In this document: in pieces, positions 1-8,486 of the stretch
How the letters are laid out: every line of letters starts with the position of its first letter
Position numbering within the stretch: position 1 is the first letter of the stretch
NCBI GenBank assembly: GCA_026991575.1
Contig: JALXBF010000029.1
Span: 1-64,000 of the forward strand
DNA: 64,000 bases
Origin: Planctomycetota bacterium
Lineage (GTDB): Bacteria > Planctomycetota > Planctomycetia > JALXBF01
Reading direction: 5' to 3'
The notes under the pieces: generated by a model
Told to the model about the DNA's origin: nothing
The model's input: only the letters and a program-made list of their open reading frames with translations
The model's database searches: none
Made by a program: the position numbers and the translations under genes

Positions 1-1137
1 CACCGTGTAGCGATCGGCCGATGCGTCAAGCACGCGCAGCTCACCGCTAGAGAGCAAAACAACAACGTACGGTCCCGCGGCAAGCAGCGTGGCGTATTCG
101 GCCGTGCGCGGCGGGCCCAACCATATGAGCCGGCCAGTGGCAGCGTCCAGGCAGAACAGGCGGCCGCGATCGAAGTGCGACAGGCCGTAGAGTCGGCCGC
201 GGTAGACCAGCGGAGTCGACATCTCGGTGGCGAGTCGGCGCACAAACCAGCGGACCTCCACCGCCCACCGATTACCGCTGCGCCGGGGCGCCAGACAGCG
301 GATGCCGCGGTTCTCGGCTCCGACGATGATCGTCTCATCGTTGATCAAGGGCGTGGTCATGTTCTGGTTCGGCCCCTCGTGCGGTAGAGGGTATTCCCAA
401 AGCTTGCGTCCTGTCGCACGGTCCACGCCGACCACGGCACGGTGGTTCCATTCGATGACCTGTGGCACGCCGTCGATCACGGCCAGTTGGGGGGAAGAGT
501 AGCAGGCGCCGTCGTCGCCCTGTCGCCAGCGGACTTCGCCCGTGGCCGCGTCCAGACAGAACAGGGCGCCGCGCTTGTCATTGCCCAGGTGGACGATCAG
601 GGCGTCGCCATCGGCCAGCGGCGACGTGGCTGCTCCCCAGTACGGGTGCCGGGCGCCAAACTGAGCACCGTAGTCGCGCTGCCACAGCAGCTCTCCGGAA
701 CGTGCGTCCCATGCGCGGAGTATGCCGTTGATGGCCAGCGTAAAGACGCGGCCATTGGCGTAGCACGGCGTCGATTTCGGCCAGTCACCATGTCGCTCAC
801 CCCCGCTACCGACCTGGAACGGCACCTCGAAAGCCCGGCGCCAGAGCGGCCTACCTTGCTCCAGGTCAATACACCAGAGCAGCTCCTTCCCAGCCATGCG
901 GCCCATCTGGTAGACCCGGCCATCCACGACCAACGGCGAGCTGTACGCGGGTCCGACCTCCAGGCGCCAACGCTGCCGGAGCCGTGCACCGTCGGTAGGC
1001 AGCCGCACCGGGTAGCGCACGATCCCATCGCGCCGCGGGCCGAGCCAACCGGGCCAGTGCACAGACGCTGGCGCATCGGGCGGAATCAAGCAAACCGCGG
1101 CGGCGAACAACAGGTAGGGGCAAACCGCTGGCACCAT
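1..1137 (-). CDS. PQQ-like (BamB/AfsK-type) beta-propeller repeat protein, exported; 3' end runs off the window
   Basis: Not in the ORF track. Manual translation from ATG 1137 gives MVPAVCPYLLFAAAVCLIPPDAPASVHWPGWLGPRRDG...AYSSPLVVDGRVY...LFCLDAATGEVRW: a signal peptide, the planctomycete WPxWxGPxRDG start and repeated LxCLDAxTGxxxW blades. Open to position 1. Confidence 0.85.
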   Translation of the reverse strand, partial: MVPAVCPYLLFAAAVCLIPPDAPASVHWPGWLGPRRDGIVRYPVRLPTDGARLRQRWRLEVGPAYSSPLVVDGRVYQMGRMAGKELLWCIDLEQGRPLWRRAFEVPFQVGSGGERHGDWPKSTPCYANGRVFTLAINGILRAWDARSGELLWQRDYGAQFGARHPYWGAATSPLADGDALIVHLGNDKRGALFCLDAATGEVRWRQGDDGACYSSPQLAVIDGVPQVIEWNHRAVVGVDRATGRKLWEYPLPHEGPNQNMTTPLINDETIIVGAENRGIRCLAPRRSGNRWAVEVRWFVRRLATEMSTPLVYRGRLYGLSHFDRGRLFCLDAATGRLIWLGPPRTAEYATLLAAGPYVVVLLSSGELRVLDASADRYTV

Positions 1138-1314
1138 GGCGGGTCCTTCGCATTGCGGGTCGTGTGCCGTCATTGTAGCCGCAGCAGGCGCTCCATCCGA
1201 ACTCACCGCGGCAAACACTTCCGCGCATGCCGGCGCGCGCTCAATAGCCAGGGACGGAATTCGGTAGAGGGGTGTGGCGGTAACGTTCGGACGTAGCCGT
1301 GGCAAGCGCATGCA

Positions 1315-1350
1315 ATTGCCGGCAGCCCGTGTGGACGAACTGCCGGCAAT
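1315..1350 (-). terminator. Stem-loop downstream of the PEP-CTERM gene (possible terminator or mRNA stabiliser)
   Basis: Perfect 11-bp inverted repeat ATTGCCGGCAG (1315-1325) / CTGCCGGCAAT (1340-1350); no strong U-tract. Confidence 0.45.
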
Positions 1351-1379
1351 GGGCCGATGCGCCTGCGTGGCTGTCGGCC

Positions 1380-2243
1380 TTAGGCTCTCGGCCGCCGGCG
1401 GCGCAGCCAGTAGGCTGCCGGTGCCGCCATGGCAAGAAGCATCAACGAAGCCGGTTCAGGGTTGGGGCGGGGTAGGTCCCCGTCGGAGGGGTTGTCACCG
1501 TTACGCAGGTTGCCTTCGCCGTAGTCAGGCATGTACGGGATGTCTGTGGTCATGAAGACGATCGATGAGTAGCCACCGGTCGGGATCGCACCGTCCCCGT
1601 AGACGCCGAAGCCAGGGATGAAGAGCTGGTCCCAGGTGAACATGGCCATGTTGTTGCCTGAGTTGGCGGTTGCGGTGATCGGATCATAGGCTGCCGGGTC
1701 GCTCGCAAACCCGACACCGCTGACGCCCGACTCACTCGGCGCACCGTCCAACGGGTCATCGCCCTTATCATCGCCGGGTGCTTCGGTCCCGAGGAACCGG
1801 TTGCCCGCCGGTCCAACCGGCGCGCCGTCCGTGAAGACGGTATCACTGAGGAACCCCATGGATGTAATGGCCCCGGGTGCGTAGTTCGGAAGCTTCAGCA
1901 CGTGCAGGGCATGGTCCGGCTCGCTGATGTCCGGGTTGGGATCCGTGTTGACCACCTGATAGAAGAACACGTATGCGGCATCGAGGTCGATGGGAGTACC
2001 CAACAGAAGCGAGGTGGCAACACCGCCGAGTCCTAGTTCGGCCACCCAGTTGTTCGTATCCGGTTTGTAGACCGCGAAGTTTACGATACCGTCGCTGTTG
2101 GCCGATTCGGACATCTGTGTGTTGCCCGTCAGATGGGTTAGCCAGCCGGCGCGCGCTGGAGCGAACGTTGCTGCCAGCGCAACGGCCGCAGCCACGGACA
2201 GAATCCCTGGGCCAAACGGCCCGAACTTGGTTACGCGCAGCAT
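1380..2243 (-). CDS. PEP-CTERM sorting-domain surface protein
   Basis: GGAGG RBS before ATG 2243; signal peptide ...AVALAATFAPARA; Asp/Gly/Pro-rich body; C-terminus NPEPASLMLLAMAAPAAYWLRRRRPRA (PEP motif, hydrophobic stretch, Arg cluster). Confidence 0.9.
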   Translation of the reverse strand: MLRVTKFGPFGPGILSVAAAVALAATFAPARAGWLTHLTGNTQMSESANSDGIVNFAVYKPDTNNWVAELGLGGVATSLLLGTPIDLDAAYVFFYQVVNTDPNPDISEPDHALHVLKLPNYAPGAITSMGFLSDTVFTDGAPVGPAGNRFLGTEAPGDDKGDDPLDGAPSESGVSGVGFASDPAAYDPITATANSGNNMAMFTWDQLFIPGFGVYGDGAIPTGGYSSIVFMTTDIPYMPDYGEGNLRNGDNPSDGDLPRPNPEPASLMLLAMAAPAAYWLRRRRPRA

Positions 2244-2452
2244 GAGTGCCTCCACTCTGTTCCGGTCCTGCCTGGGCTGCCGGGAACGGTGACCTGCTGT
2301 GGGCACGCCGGCGGTGCAGCACCTGGCGTGCAAGTCACGCAATCGAACTGTCCCGGCGTTCCGATCGCCTAGTTTTCCCAAATCGTGCAATGTGACGTCG
2401 TGGCGCAGGAAGGCAGCGACTATAGTCGATGCAATTGGCAAAGGTGGATCGC

Positions 2453-3361
2453 TCAGGAGCTGAGCTGGCGGCGGAACCGCTTCAGGAGCCAGAGCCGTTT
2501 GAGCCGCTGGACGGGGCCACGGTTTCCCCAGCGGAGCCGGCGGCGCACGTATCCGCCGGTCCATGGGTCGAACTGCTGATGCCACGGGGCCGGCCACAGT
2601 GGTCCCCGTCCCGTCAGGATCTTGACCGCCTCCACGGCGGCCACGCCGGCGCAGAGTTGGCAGGCCGCGGCGCAGCTTGGCGCGGTTCGAGCCTCCGGGT
2701 CAAGCCGCGTCAGGTCCATGTACTGGAGGTGAAACGGACGCGGCGCCAGCCCGACGCCGAAGGCAATCAGCTGCGTGAGCTCGTCCTGGTCATCGTTCAG
2801 GTCGAAGTACTCGTCAAAGCTCATGCCGCCGGGTGCAAAGACCAGCCACGCGACGCCAAAGCCGACGGGGCCGGCCGTAATCGCCCAGATGCCCTGGCGT
2901 CTTGCCTCCGCGAAGAGCAGCCGCCGTACGCGCACGGCATAGAAGTCGACACCGTCCACGAACAGGTCAGCCCCCCTGAGGAACGCCGCCGCATTGTGCT
3001 GATCGACGCTGCGGTCCCAGGTTACCACCTCCGCTTCCGGGTTGATCGACCGGACAACGTCCGCGATCACCTCAGCCTTGTTCTGGCCTATCGTCTCGAC
3101 CGTAGCGCCGTACTGGCGGTTGAAATTCGCCAGTTCGAACCGGTCCGGATCAGCGATGCGGAAGCGGCCGACGCCGAGGCGTGCCAGCGTGGCGGCGTGG
3201 ACGCCGCCAACTCCGCCGGCGCCGGCGATCGCCACGCACGCGTAGCGCAGGAGTTCTTGCGCATCGGGCGCGATCAGCCCAAGGTTGCGGCTGAATGCCT
3301 CGTGGTAGTCCCACGGCGCCCGTGCCGTGGCCAGCTGTGCTACCGCGAATCGGTCCGTCAT
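2453..3361 (-). CDS. ThiF/E1-like adenylyltransferase (type found with N-acyl amino acid synthases)
   Basis: YHEAFSRNLG...VAIAGAGGVGG...IADPDRFELANFNRQ motifs. About 302 aa from ATG 3361. Lacks the paired CxxC Zn sites of MoeB/ThiF and has no fused nitroreductase or rhodanese domain. Confidence 0.88.
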   Translation of the reverse strand: MTDRFAVAQLATARAPWDYHEAFSRNLGLIAPDAQELLRYACVAIAGAGGVGGVHAATLARLGVGRFRIADPDRFELANFNRQYGATVETIGQNKAEVIADVVRSINPEAEVVTWDRSVDQHNAAAFLRGADLFVDGVDFYAVRVRRLLFAEARRQGIWAITAGPVGFGVAWLVFAPGGMSFDEYFDLNDDQDELTQLIAFGVGLAPRPFHLQYMDLTRLDPEARTAPSCAAACQLCAGVAAVEAVKILTGRGPLWPAPWHQQFDPWTGGYVRRRLRWGNRGPVQRLKRLWLLKRFRRQLSS

Positions 3362-3366
3362 AGGCT

Positions 3367-4464
3367 TCAGTGAACGATGCGTTGCCCGAGCTGGGCTACG
3401 GATTTGGCATCCTGCTTGGGCTGCGCCACCTCGGGACGGTCGCGCAAGATCCGCACGTGGACGCGTAGGCCGATGGGCAGGTCCAGCTTCTGATCCAGTC
3501 TGATCCACACTTCGCGCACGCGCGAGTCGTACCGCTCGGTCGGCTCGAAGGTGAACAGCGTCTTGCGCTGCACGATCGGGCTGATGCGCGTCACCGTGCC
3601 CTTGAGCCGCTGGTCGGGCCGGCCATCGACGGTTACGATCGCTGCCATACCGGTATGAACGCGAGCAGCGTCGTATTCCTCCACAAAGGCCCGAACGTGC
3701 GAGCTGCTTCGGTCCACGATCACCACTGCCGGCTCAACCGACTGCGGCGACAGCAACTCGCCGACGCGGCAGTTGACCTGCAACACCTGGCCAGCAACAG
3801 GCGCATGCAGCGTGAGCTTTTCCAGCCGGTGCTTCAGCAGCCTGACGCGCGCCTGAGCGGCGGCAACCAGCGACTCAGCTACCTGCACATCCTCGGGCCT
3901 GGACCCTGCCTTCAGCAGCAGGTACTCCGCCTCGGCCGCCGCGGCGCGGGCCGCCGCCACCAGGTACGCATACTGCTCCTCTTCGACTTCGCGCGCATCG
4001 GCCCCGGCCCGTTCCCATAGAGCACGCTTCCGCTGCCAACGTTGATGAGCCTGCCGGGCTGCAGCAGCGGCTGCCTTATACCGCTCCAGCGCGGCCCGAA
4101 TCTCTTCGTCACGAGGACCGGCAACGACGCGAGCCAGGCGGGCAGTTGCCGCGGCCGCCTGGGCTTCTGCTTCCGCCAGCTCGGCAGCAATCAGCTCGCT
4201 GTCGAGCCGCACCAGAGGCTGGCCAGCCTCGACAAAGTCCCCCTCGCGCACCAGCACCTCCAGAACGCGGCCGGTCAGCTCAGGCCGAAGCCGGATCGGC
4301 TCATCAGCCCCTTCTAGTTGCCCTGGTGCATAGATGTCGAACTGAACCAACCGGTCACCGACCGGTTGGACCGATCGCGCCGCAGGCTTGCTGCGCTGGT
4401 CAACCACCCAGGCAAGCACGGCAACGATCGCGGTCGTGATGGCCAACAGGGCAAGCGGACGCAT
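3367..4464 (-). CDS. HlyD/DevB-family membrane fusion protein
   Basis: N-terminal TM; lipoyl-like half GRVLEVLVREGDFVEAGQPLVRLD; coiled coil; LHAPVAGQV; ERYDSRVREV motif. Confidence 0.9.
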   Translation of the reverse strand: MRPLALLAITTAIVAVLAWVVDQRSKPAARSVQPVGDRLVQFDIYAPGQLEGADEPIRLRPELTGRVLEVLVREGDFVEAGQPLVRLDSELIAAELAEAEAQAAAATARLARVVAGPRDEEIRAALERYKAAAAAARQAHQRWQRKRALWERAGADAREVEEEQYAYLVAAARAAAAEAEYLLLKAGSRPEDVQVAESLVAAAQARVRLLKHRLEKLTLHAPVAGQVLQVNCRVGELLSPQSVEPAVVIVDRSSSHVRAFVEEYDAARVHTGMAAIVTVDGRPDQRLKGTVTRISPIVQRKTLFTFEPTERYDSRVREVWIRLDQKLDLPIGLRVHVRILRDRPEVAQPKQDAKSVAQLGQRIVH

Positions 4465-4483
4465 GCTAGGAGTGCCAGCAGGG

Positions 4484-5257
4484 CTAGCGCAGTCGGGCTA
4501 ACGTTCCATTTCTCAGTTCGTAAATCTCGTCGGCAAACTCAAGGATCCTCGCGTCGTGCGTGACCACCAGCACGGTTTTGCCGGTTTCGTGGGCCAGATC
4601 CCGCAGCAAAGCCATGATCTGCGGGCCAGACTCTGCGTCGAGCGATGCGGTCGGTTCGTCGGCCAGGATCAGCTCCGGGTCGTTTGCCAGAGCACGGGCA
4701 ATGGCAACCCGCTGGCACTGTCCGACACTCATCATCCGCGGATCATGGTTGCCGTAGTCCTTCAGCCCCACCAACTCCAGCAACTCCTCGGCCCGCCGGT
4801 GTGCAAGCCGCTCCGAAACCCCCAGCAACGTCATGGGCACGATGACGTTCTGAACGGCGTTCAGGCCGCGCAGCAGGTGGAACTTTTGGAAGATGAACCC
4901 GATGCGTGTCCGACGCAGCGCTGCCCGCTGCTCCTCAGCGAGCCTGGTCACGTCCTGGCCGAACAGCTCCACCGAGCCGCCGTCAGGGCGCAGAATGCAG
5001 CCGATGATGGACAGCAGCGTCGTCTTACCGCAGCCGGACGGCCCAAGCAGGTAGTAACAGGCCGCAGGCCGAAGCTGCAGATCCACACCGCGGAGTACCT
5101 CTTCCACGTGCGTGCCCCGTCGGTATGCCTTGCGGACCGCACGCAGGCGAACGACCGCGTCCTCGTACGCCGGGCCCGGTCGTTGAGCCGGGCTGGTGGT
5201 GGGCTTGCTGGCTTGTTGGTGTTGTACTCGGGACGTCACCGACGTTCCTTTGCCCAA
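4484..5257 (-). CDS. ABC transporter ATP-binding protein (DevA/LolD/MacB-like)
   Basis: Walker A GPSGCGKT, signature MSVGQCQR, Walker B ILADEPT, H-loop VTHD. Exact start uncertain. Confidence 0.93.
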   Translation of the reverse strand: MGKGTSVTSRVQHQQASKPTTSPAQRPGPAYEDAVVRLRAVRKAYRRGTHVEEVLRGVDLQLRPAACYYLLGPSGCGKTTLLSIIGCILRPDGGSVELFGQDVTRLAEEQRAALRRTRIGFIFQKFHLLRGLNAVQNVIVPMTLLGVSERLAHRRAEELLELVGLKDYGNHDPRMMSVGQCQRVAIARALANDPELILADEPTASLDAESGPQIMALLRDLAHETGKTVLVVTHDARILEFADEIYELRNGTLARLR

Positions 5258-5356
5258 GGGTCAGGCCATGCGCTACCGGGTTCCTGCACACCCCCTTACG
5301 GGGGCCCCCTCGCATCCAACCGGCACGTGTGCGCGTACGGTAGTCTTGCCCACCGA

Positions 5357-6478
5357 TCAGGTCAATGCCGCCATCGGGTCGGCGCGGCGCAACCGGCTGT
5401 AGGGCAGGGATGCCGAAGCGATCGCGATCAGCAGGGCGAAGAGGCAACTACCAGCCGACAACCACCATGGGATCCAGATCGGGGCACGGGGTGTGGAGTA
5501 GAACCACTGGATGGCCGCCACCAGGCTAATGCCCACCACACACGCCAGCGACGCAAGAAAACACGCCTGGCAGAGAAGGATGAGCCAGAGGTGCCTGCCG
5601 GTTGCGCCCATGGCCTTCAGCGCGGCGTACTCGGGCATCCGGTCCAGCACGGCCGCGTACATCGTCTGGGCGACGATCACCAGTCCAACGAGCATGCCCA
5701 GCAGCGTCGCCGCTCCAAAGCTGATGCCTAGGCCCGTGCGGCGCATCCAGAAATCGACCGACAGTCGGCTGTAGTCATCGCGCACGTAGACGTCAGCCTC
5801 CGGGATCCGCTGTCGGATCCGCGCGGCCAGGGCGTCCAGATCCGTGCCCGGCGTGGCACGCACCAGCAGGTATGAGCACATAGCCGGGTCCTTGTTGCAG
5901 TAGGCGGCCGCTCGGTCGAGGGTGGTAAAAACGTAGGGCGCAACAAGAAAGCCCATCACGCCCCGACTGAAGGCCACCACGCGGGCACGCCGGCCGCCGA
6001 TCTCGCGCACCTCGCCCAGCTCGGGCCACTGCAACTTCGGACGCTCGAGCACATCGACGATGATGCCGTCTGGCTGGAGAATGTCCGCCGCCTCCCCGTG
6101 CGCCAGCTTCCAGGCATTGCCCAGCAGGGTAGGGGGCTCGGTGCCGACGACCACAACCGCTTCCCGTGACCCGTCCGGCAAGGTCATGCTGGACCAGCCG
6201 ATCAGGTAAGGGACGGCTGCCTGCACGCCCGGCAGGCCGCGAATCCGATGCACCCACGCTCTAGGAATGTCCTCAGCGAAGTCCACGTTGTGCATGCCGC
6301 GATGGCCGACCCAGATATCTGCATCGCCGTAGTCGACCATAAGGCTGACCTTGCGGATCAGCCCAATGAATAGCCCCCCCTGGACGTTGACCAGCACGAG
6401 GGTGAAGATCAAGCCAAGCAGGGCAGTCCCCAGCTTGCCACGATCGGCCAGCAGCGTTCGAATCGCTAGGTTCCACAT
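5357..6478 (-). CDS. ABC transporter permease (DevC/FtsX-MacB-like)
   Basis: MWNLAIRTLLADRGK...DADIWV; large periplasmic loop; EYAALKAMGA motif; three C-terminal TMs ending RRADPM. Confidence 0.9.
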   Translation of the reverse strand: MWNLAIRTLLADRGKLGTALLGLIFTLVLVNVQGGLFIGLIRKVSLMVDYGDADIWVGHRGMHNVDFAEDIPRAWVHRIRGLPGVQAAVPYLIGWSSMTLPDGSREAVVVVGTEPPTLLGNAWKLAHGEAADILQPDGIIVDVLERPKLQWPELGEVREIGGRRARVVAFSRGVMGFLVAPYVFTTLDRAAAYCNKDPAMCSYLLVRATPGTDLDALAARIRQRIPEADVYVRDDYSRLSVDFWMRRTGLGISFGAATLLGMLVGLVIVAQTMYAAVLDRMPEYAALKAMGATGRHLWLILLCQACFLASLACVVGISLVAAIQWFYSTPRAPIWIPWWLSAGSCLFALLIAIASASLPYSRLRRADPMAALT

Positions 6479-6494
6479 GGCGACGTCCCGCTGG

Positions 6495-7283
6495 TCAGGC
6501 GGCGCGCTGGGGCGGCTCATACACGGCCGCCGTCGGCTGATCCACCGATCCGTAGTACAGCGCCGTGAAGAACCGACGGTCCGCTTCGGACATCGGCGGC
6601 ACAAGGAAGTTGCGTGGACAGATGCGTGGATACAGGTAGCGACGGCTCAGGTAGCGGCCCACGCGCCAGTGCGCGGTGCGCAGATCGAGCCGCAGCGCAA
6701 CGCCGGGTGCCCCCTGAACCATCGGGTGCGGCCGGCACCCGGCAAGCACCTCGAAGCCAAGCACCTGCTCGTAGAAAGGCACCTGCAACGGATGCACAGT
6801 GATGAGCAGATCGTCGTACCGACACCAGTAGCAGTACTGCACGAGAAAGCGGGTCAACGCGAAGAAAGCCGTCGCACTGCGGTGCTGCCCGGGCAGTCGG
6901 ATCGCAAATCCGGTGGCCTCGGCCAGACGACGCCGAAGAGACCTCAACGCAGCCACCTCACGTCCGTACACCAGTTCCATGGGCAGCCCGCGGTGGCTAT
7001 CACCGACAACACTCAACGTGCCTACAACGTTGCCCGCTCGCGTCTCGACAACCAGCGTCCTGGTGCTGTTGTACGCATAGTGAGGTCCGAAGCGAATGCG
7101 TGCAGGGTGCGGGGCGATGTAGCCTCGCGTCAGATAGGCATCGTAAAGCAGACGAAACGCCTGTAGGAAGTCGTTTCGTCGCTGGGCAATGCGTACCCGC
7201 ATGTGCACGTCCTTCGGTTGAACTTGCCGAGGCTCTGCCCCCATGGCGCCGGCGGTCGCGGCGGAGTATGGCGCTTTGGCCAT
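6495..7283 (-). CDS. FeeM-type N-acyl amino acid synthase (GNAT fold), copy 1
   Basis: YDAYLTRGY, GTLSVVGDSHRGLPMELVYGREV, RRLAE (conserved Glu), DLLITVHP..VPFY..VLGF, V.GAPGVALRLDL. Alternative start at 7202. Confidence 0.8.
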   Translation of the reverse strand: MAKAPYSAATAGAMGAEPRQVQPKDVHMRVRIAQRRNDFLQAFRLLYDAYLTRGYIAPHPARIRFGPHYAYNSTRTLVVETRAGNVVGTLSVVGDSHRGLPMELVYGREVAALRSLRRRLAEATGFAIRLPGQHRSATAFFALTRFLVQYCYWCRYDDLLITVHPLQVPFYEQVLGFEVLAGCRPHPMVQGAPGVALRLDLRTAHWRVGRYLSRRYLYPRICPRNFLVPPMSEADRRFFTALYYGSVDQPTAAVYEPPQRAA

Positions 7284-7731
7284 GCGGTGTCAAACCGAAT
7301 CAACTCCGCCAACCCAGCCGCTGTGGGACGATCCCCACAACGCATTGCACCGCAGAAACCTGCGGTCTGCCCCACGGTGCCCGTCAGTAACCGTATCGGT
7401 CCGCACGGCGACGCGCTGCAGCCAATGCGCCCCGGCGCCAGCCCACCGCGCCGGGCACAGACCGCAGGACCGTCACACTCGTGCGCGGCGGCAGAGTGGT
7501 CGAAGCAGGACGTGTGGTCCGACGGTGGACAAGCCAGCTGCTTCCCCACGACCAGCGAAGGCTGTGTCGTTGTCCTGGAACGGCGGCGCAGTGCGTTCCG
7601 TACGCTGCCCGCGATCGTGGCCCCAGTCCAATCATGGACCGCCAGGGCCGGCTTGCGGAAGCCACCGTTGCAAGCGGATCTGCAGCTGCCAGCTCGCCGC
7701 TGCGAATCGTCTTCTGAGCTGCCGCGCGCCG

Positions 7732-7740
7732 TGCTATAAT
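7732..7740 (+). promoter_or_regulatory. Extended -10 promoter element for the FHA-mutY unit
   Basis: TGCTATAAT, a perfect TGnTATAAT match, about 140 nt upstream of the FHA start. Confidence 0.6.
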
Positions 7741-7880
7741 GCGTGGCAAGATCGGGGCCGCAACTGCTTGCGAAGAAAGAGTCCTGTGGGCACGATGCCC
7801 CCTAGCGCATTTGCGCGTCCAGGAGGGACGCCCTGATGGTTTTCAAGTGGCAGCATCCCGCAGAATCCAGAGGTGCAGCC

Positions 7881-8486
7881 ATGCCCGTGGCGCTTGTCGT
7901 CGTGAAGGGCCGCTCCGAGGGGACGAAGATTCCCGTTGCGACCTCCCCGTTTCTCATCGGTCGAGACCCACGCTGCCATCTGCGACCACGTAGCAGCCTC
8001 GTCAGCAAGTGGCACTGTGTGCTATCGCTCAAGGAAGACGGTGTCTACTTGCGCGATCTGAATAGTCTCAACGGCACCTTCGTGAATAACCGCCGCATTC
8101 GCCGTGAGATCAAACTTCGCAACGGTGATCTCATCGCCATTGGACCATTGGTATTCGCCGTTGCCATCGAGGAACCAGTGAGCGCACCGGCGCAAGAGCC
8201 TCAGACGGCCGATTTGGAGCAGGCCGTTGCGCAGTGGATCGGCGCCGGAGACGGCGTTGGGCCGGAAAACGAGGAGGCACTGGCTGAGTCGACAACGATC
8301 ATGCCTTCTCCTGTCGCAGAGCAGCCCCCCTCAGAACCAATCCACCACCAAGACCCGGCCGGCGCGCCATCGTCGGCCGAGGCGTCGGCCAGCCAGGAGC
8401 GAAAGTCGTCACCTAAGACGGGCAGCACAGCCGAGGTGGCTGATAAACTGCTGGAGCTGTTGTTCGAGCCGAGGCGGCGGTCGTGA
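7881..8486 (+). CDS. FHA domain protein with acidic disordered tail
   Basis: FLIGRDPRCHL...VSKWHC...LRDLNSLNGTFVN...LRNGDLIAIG; GAGG RBS before ATG 7881. Confidence 0.9.
   Translation: MPVALVVVKGRSEGTKIPVATSPFLIGRDPRCHLRPRSSLVSKWHCVLSLKEDGVYLRDLNSLNGTFVNNRRIRREIKLRNGDLIAIGPLVFAVAIEEPVSAPAQEPQTADLEQAVAQWIGAGDGVGPENEEALAESTTIMPSPVAEQPPSEPIHHQDPAGAPSSAEASASQERKSSPKTGSTAEVADKLLELLFEPRRRS

Noticed and set aside
442..1296. 284-aa plus-strand ORF
   Set aside because: Antisense shadow of the PQQ-like propeller gene on the minus strand, which the track missed because its stop is outside the window.
2244..2597. N-terminal extension of the PEP-CTERM ORF to 405 aa
   Set aside because: It overlaps ThiF; the RBS and signal peptide place the start at 2243.
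2453..3361. ThiF as a RiPP maturase (MccB-like), anti-phage E1 (Cap2/Bil) or MoeB/ThiF cofactor enzyme
   Set aside because: No precursor peptide, E2, JAB, ubiquitin-like protein, CD-NTase or thi/moa gene nearby; the context is acyltransferase plus exporter.
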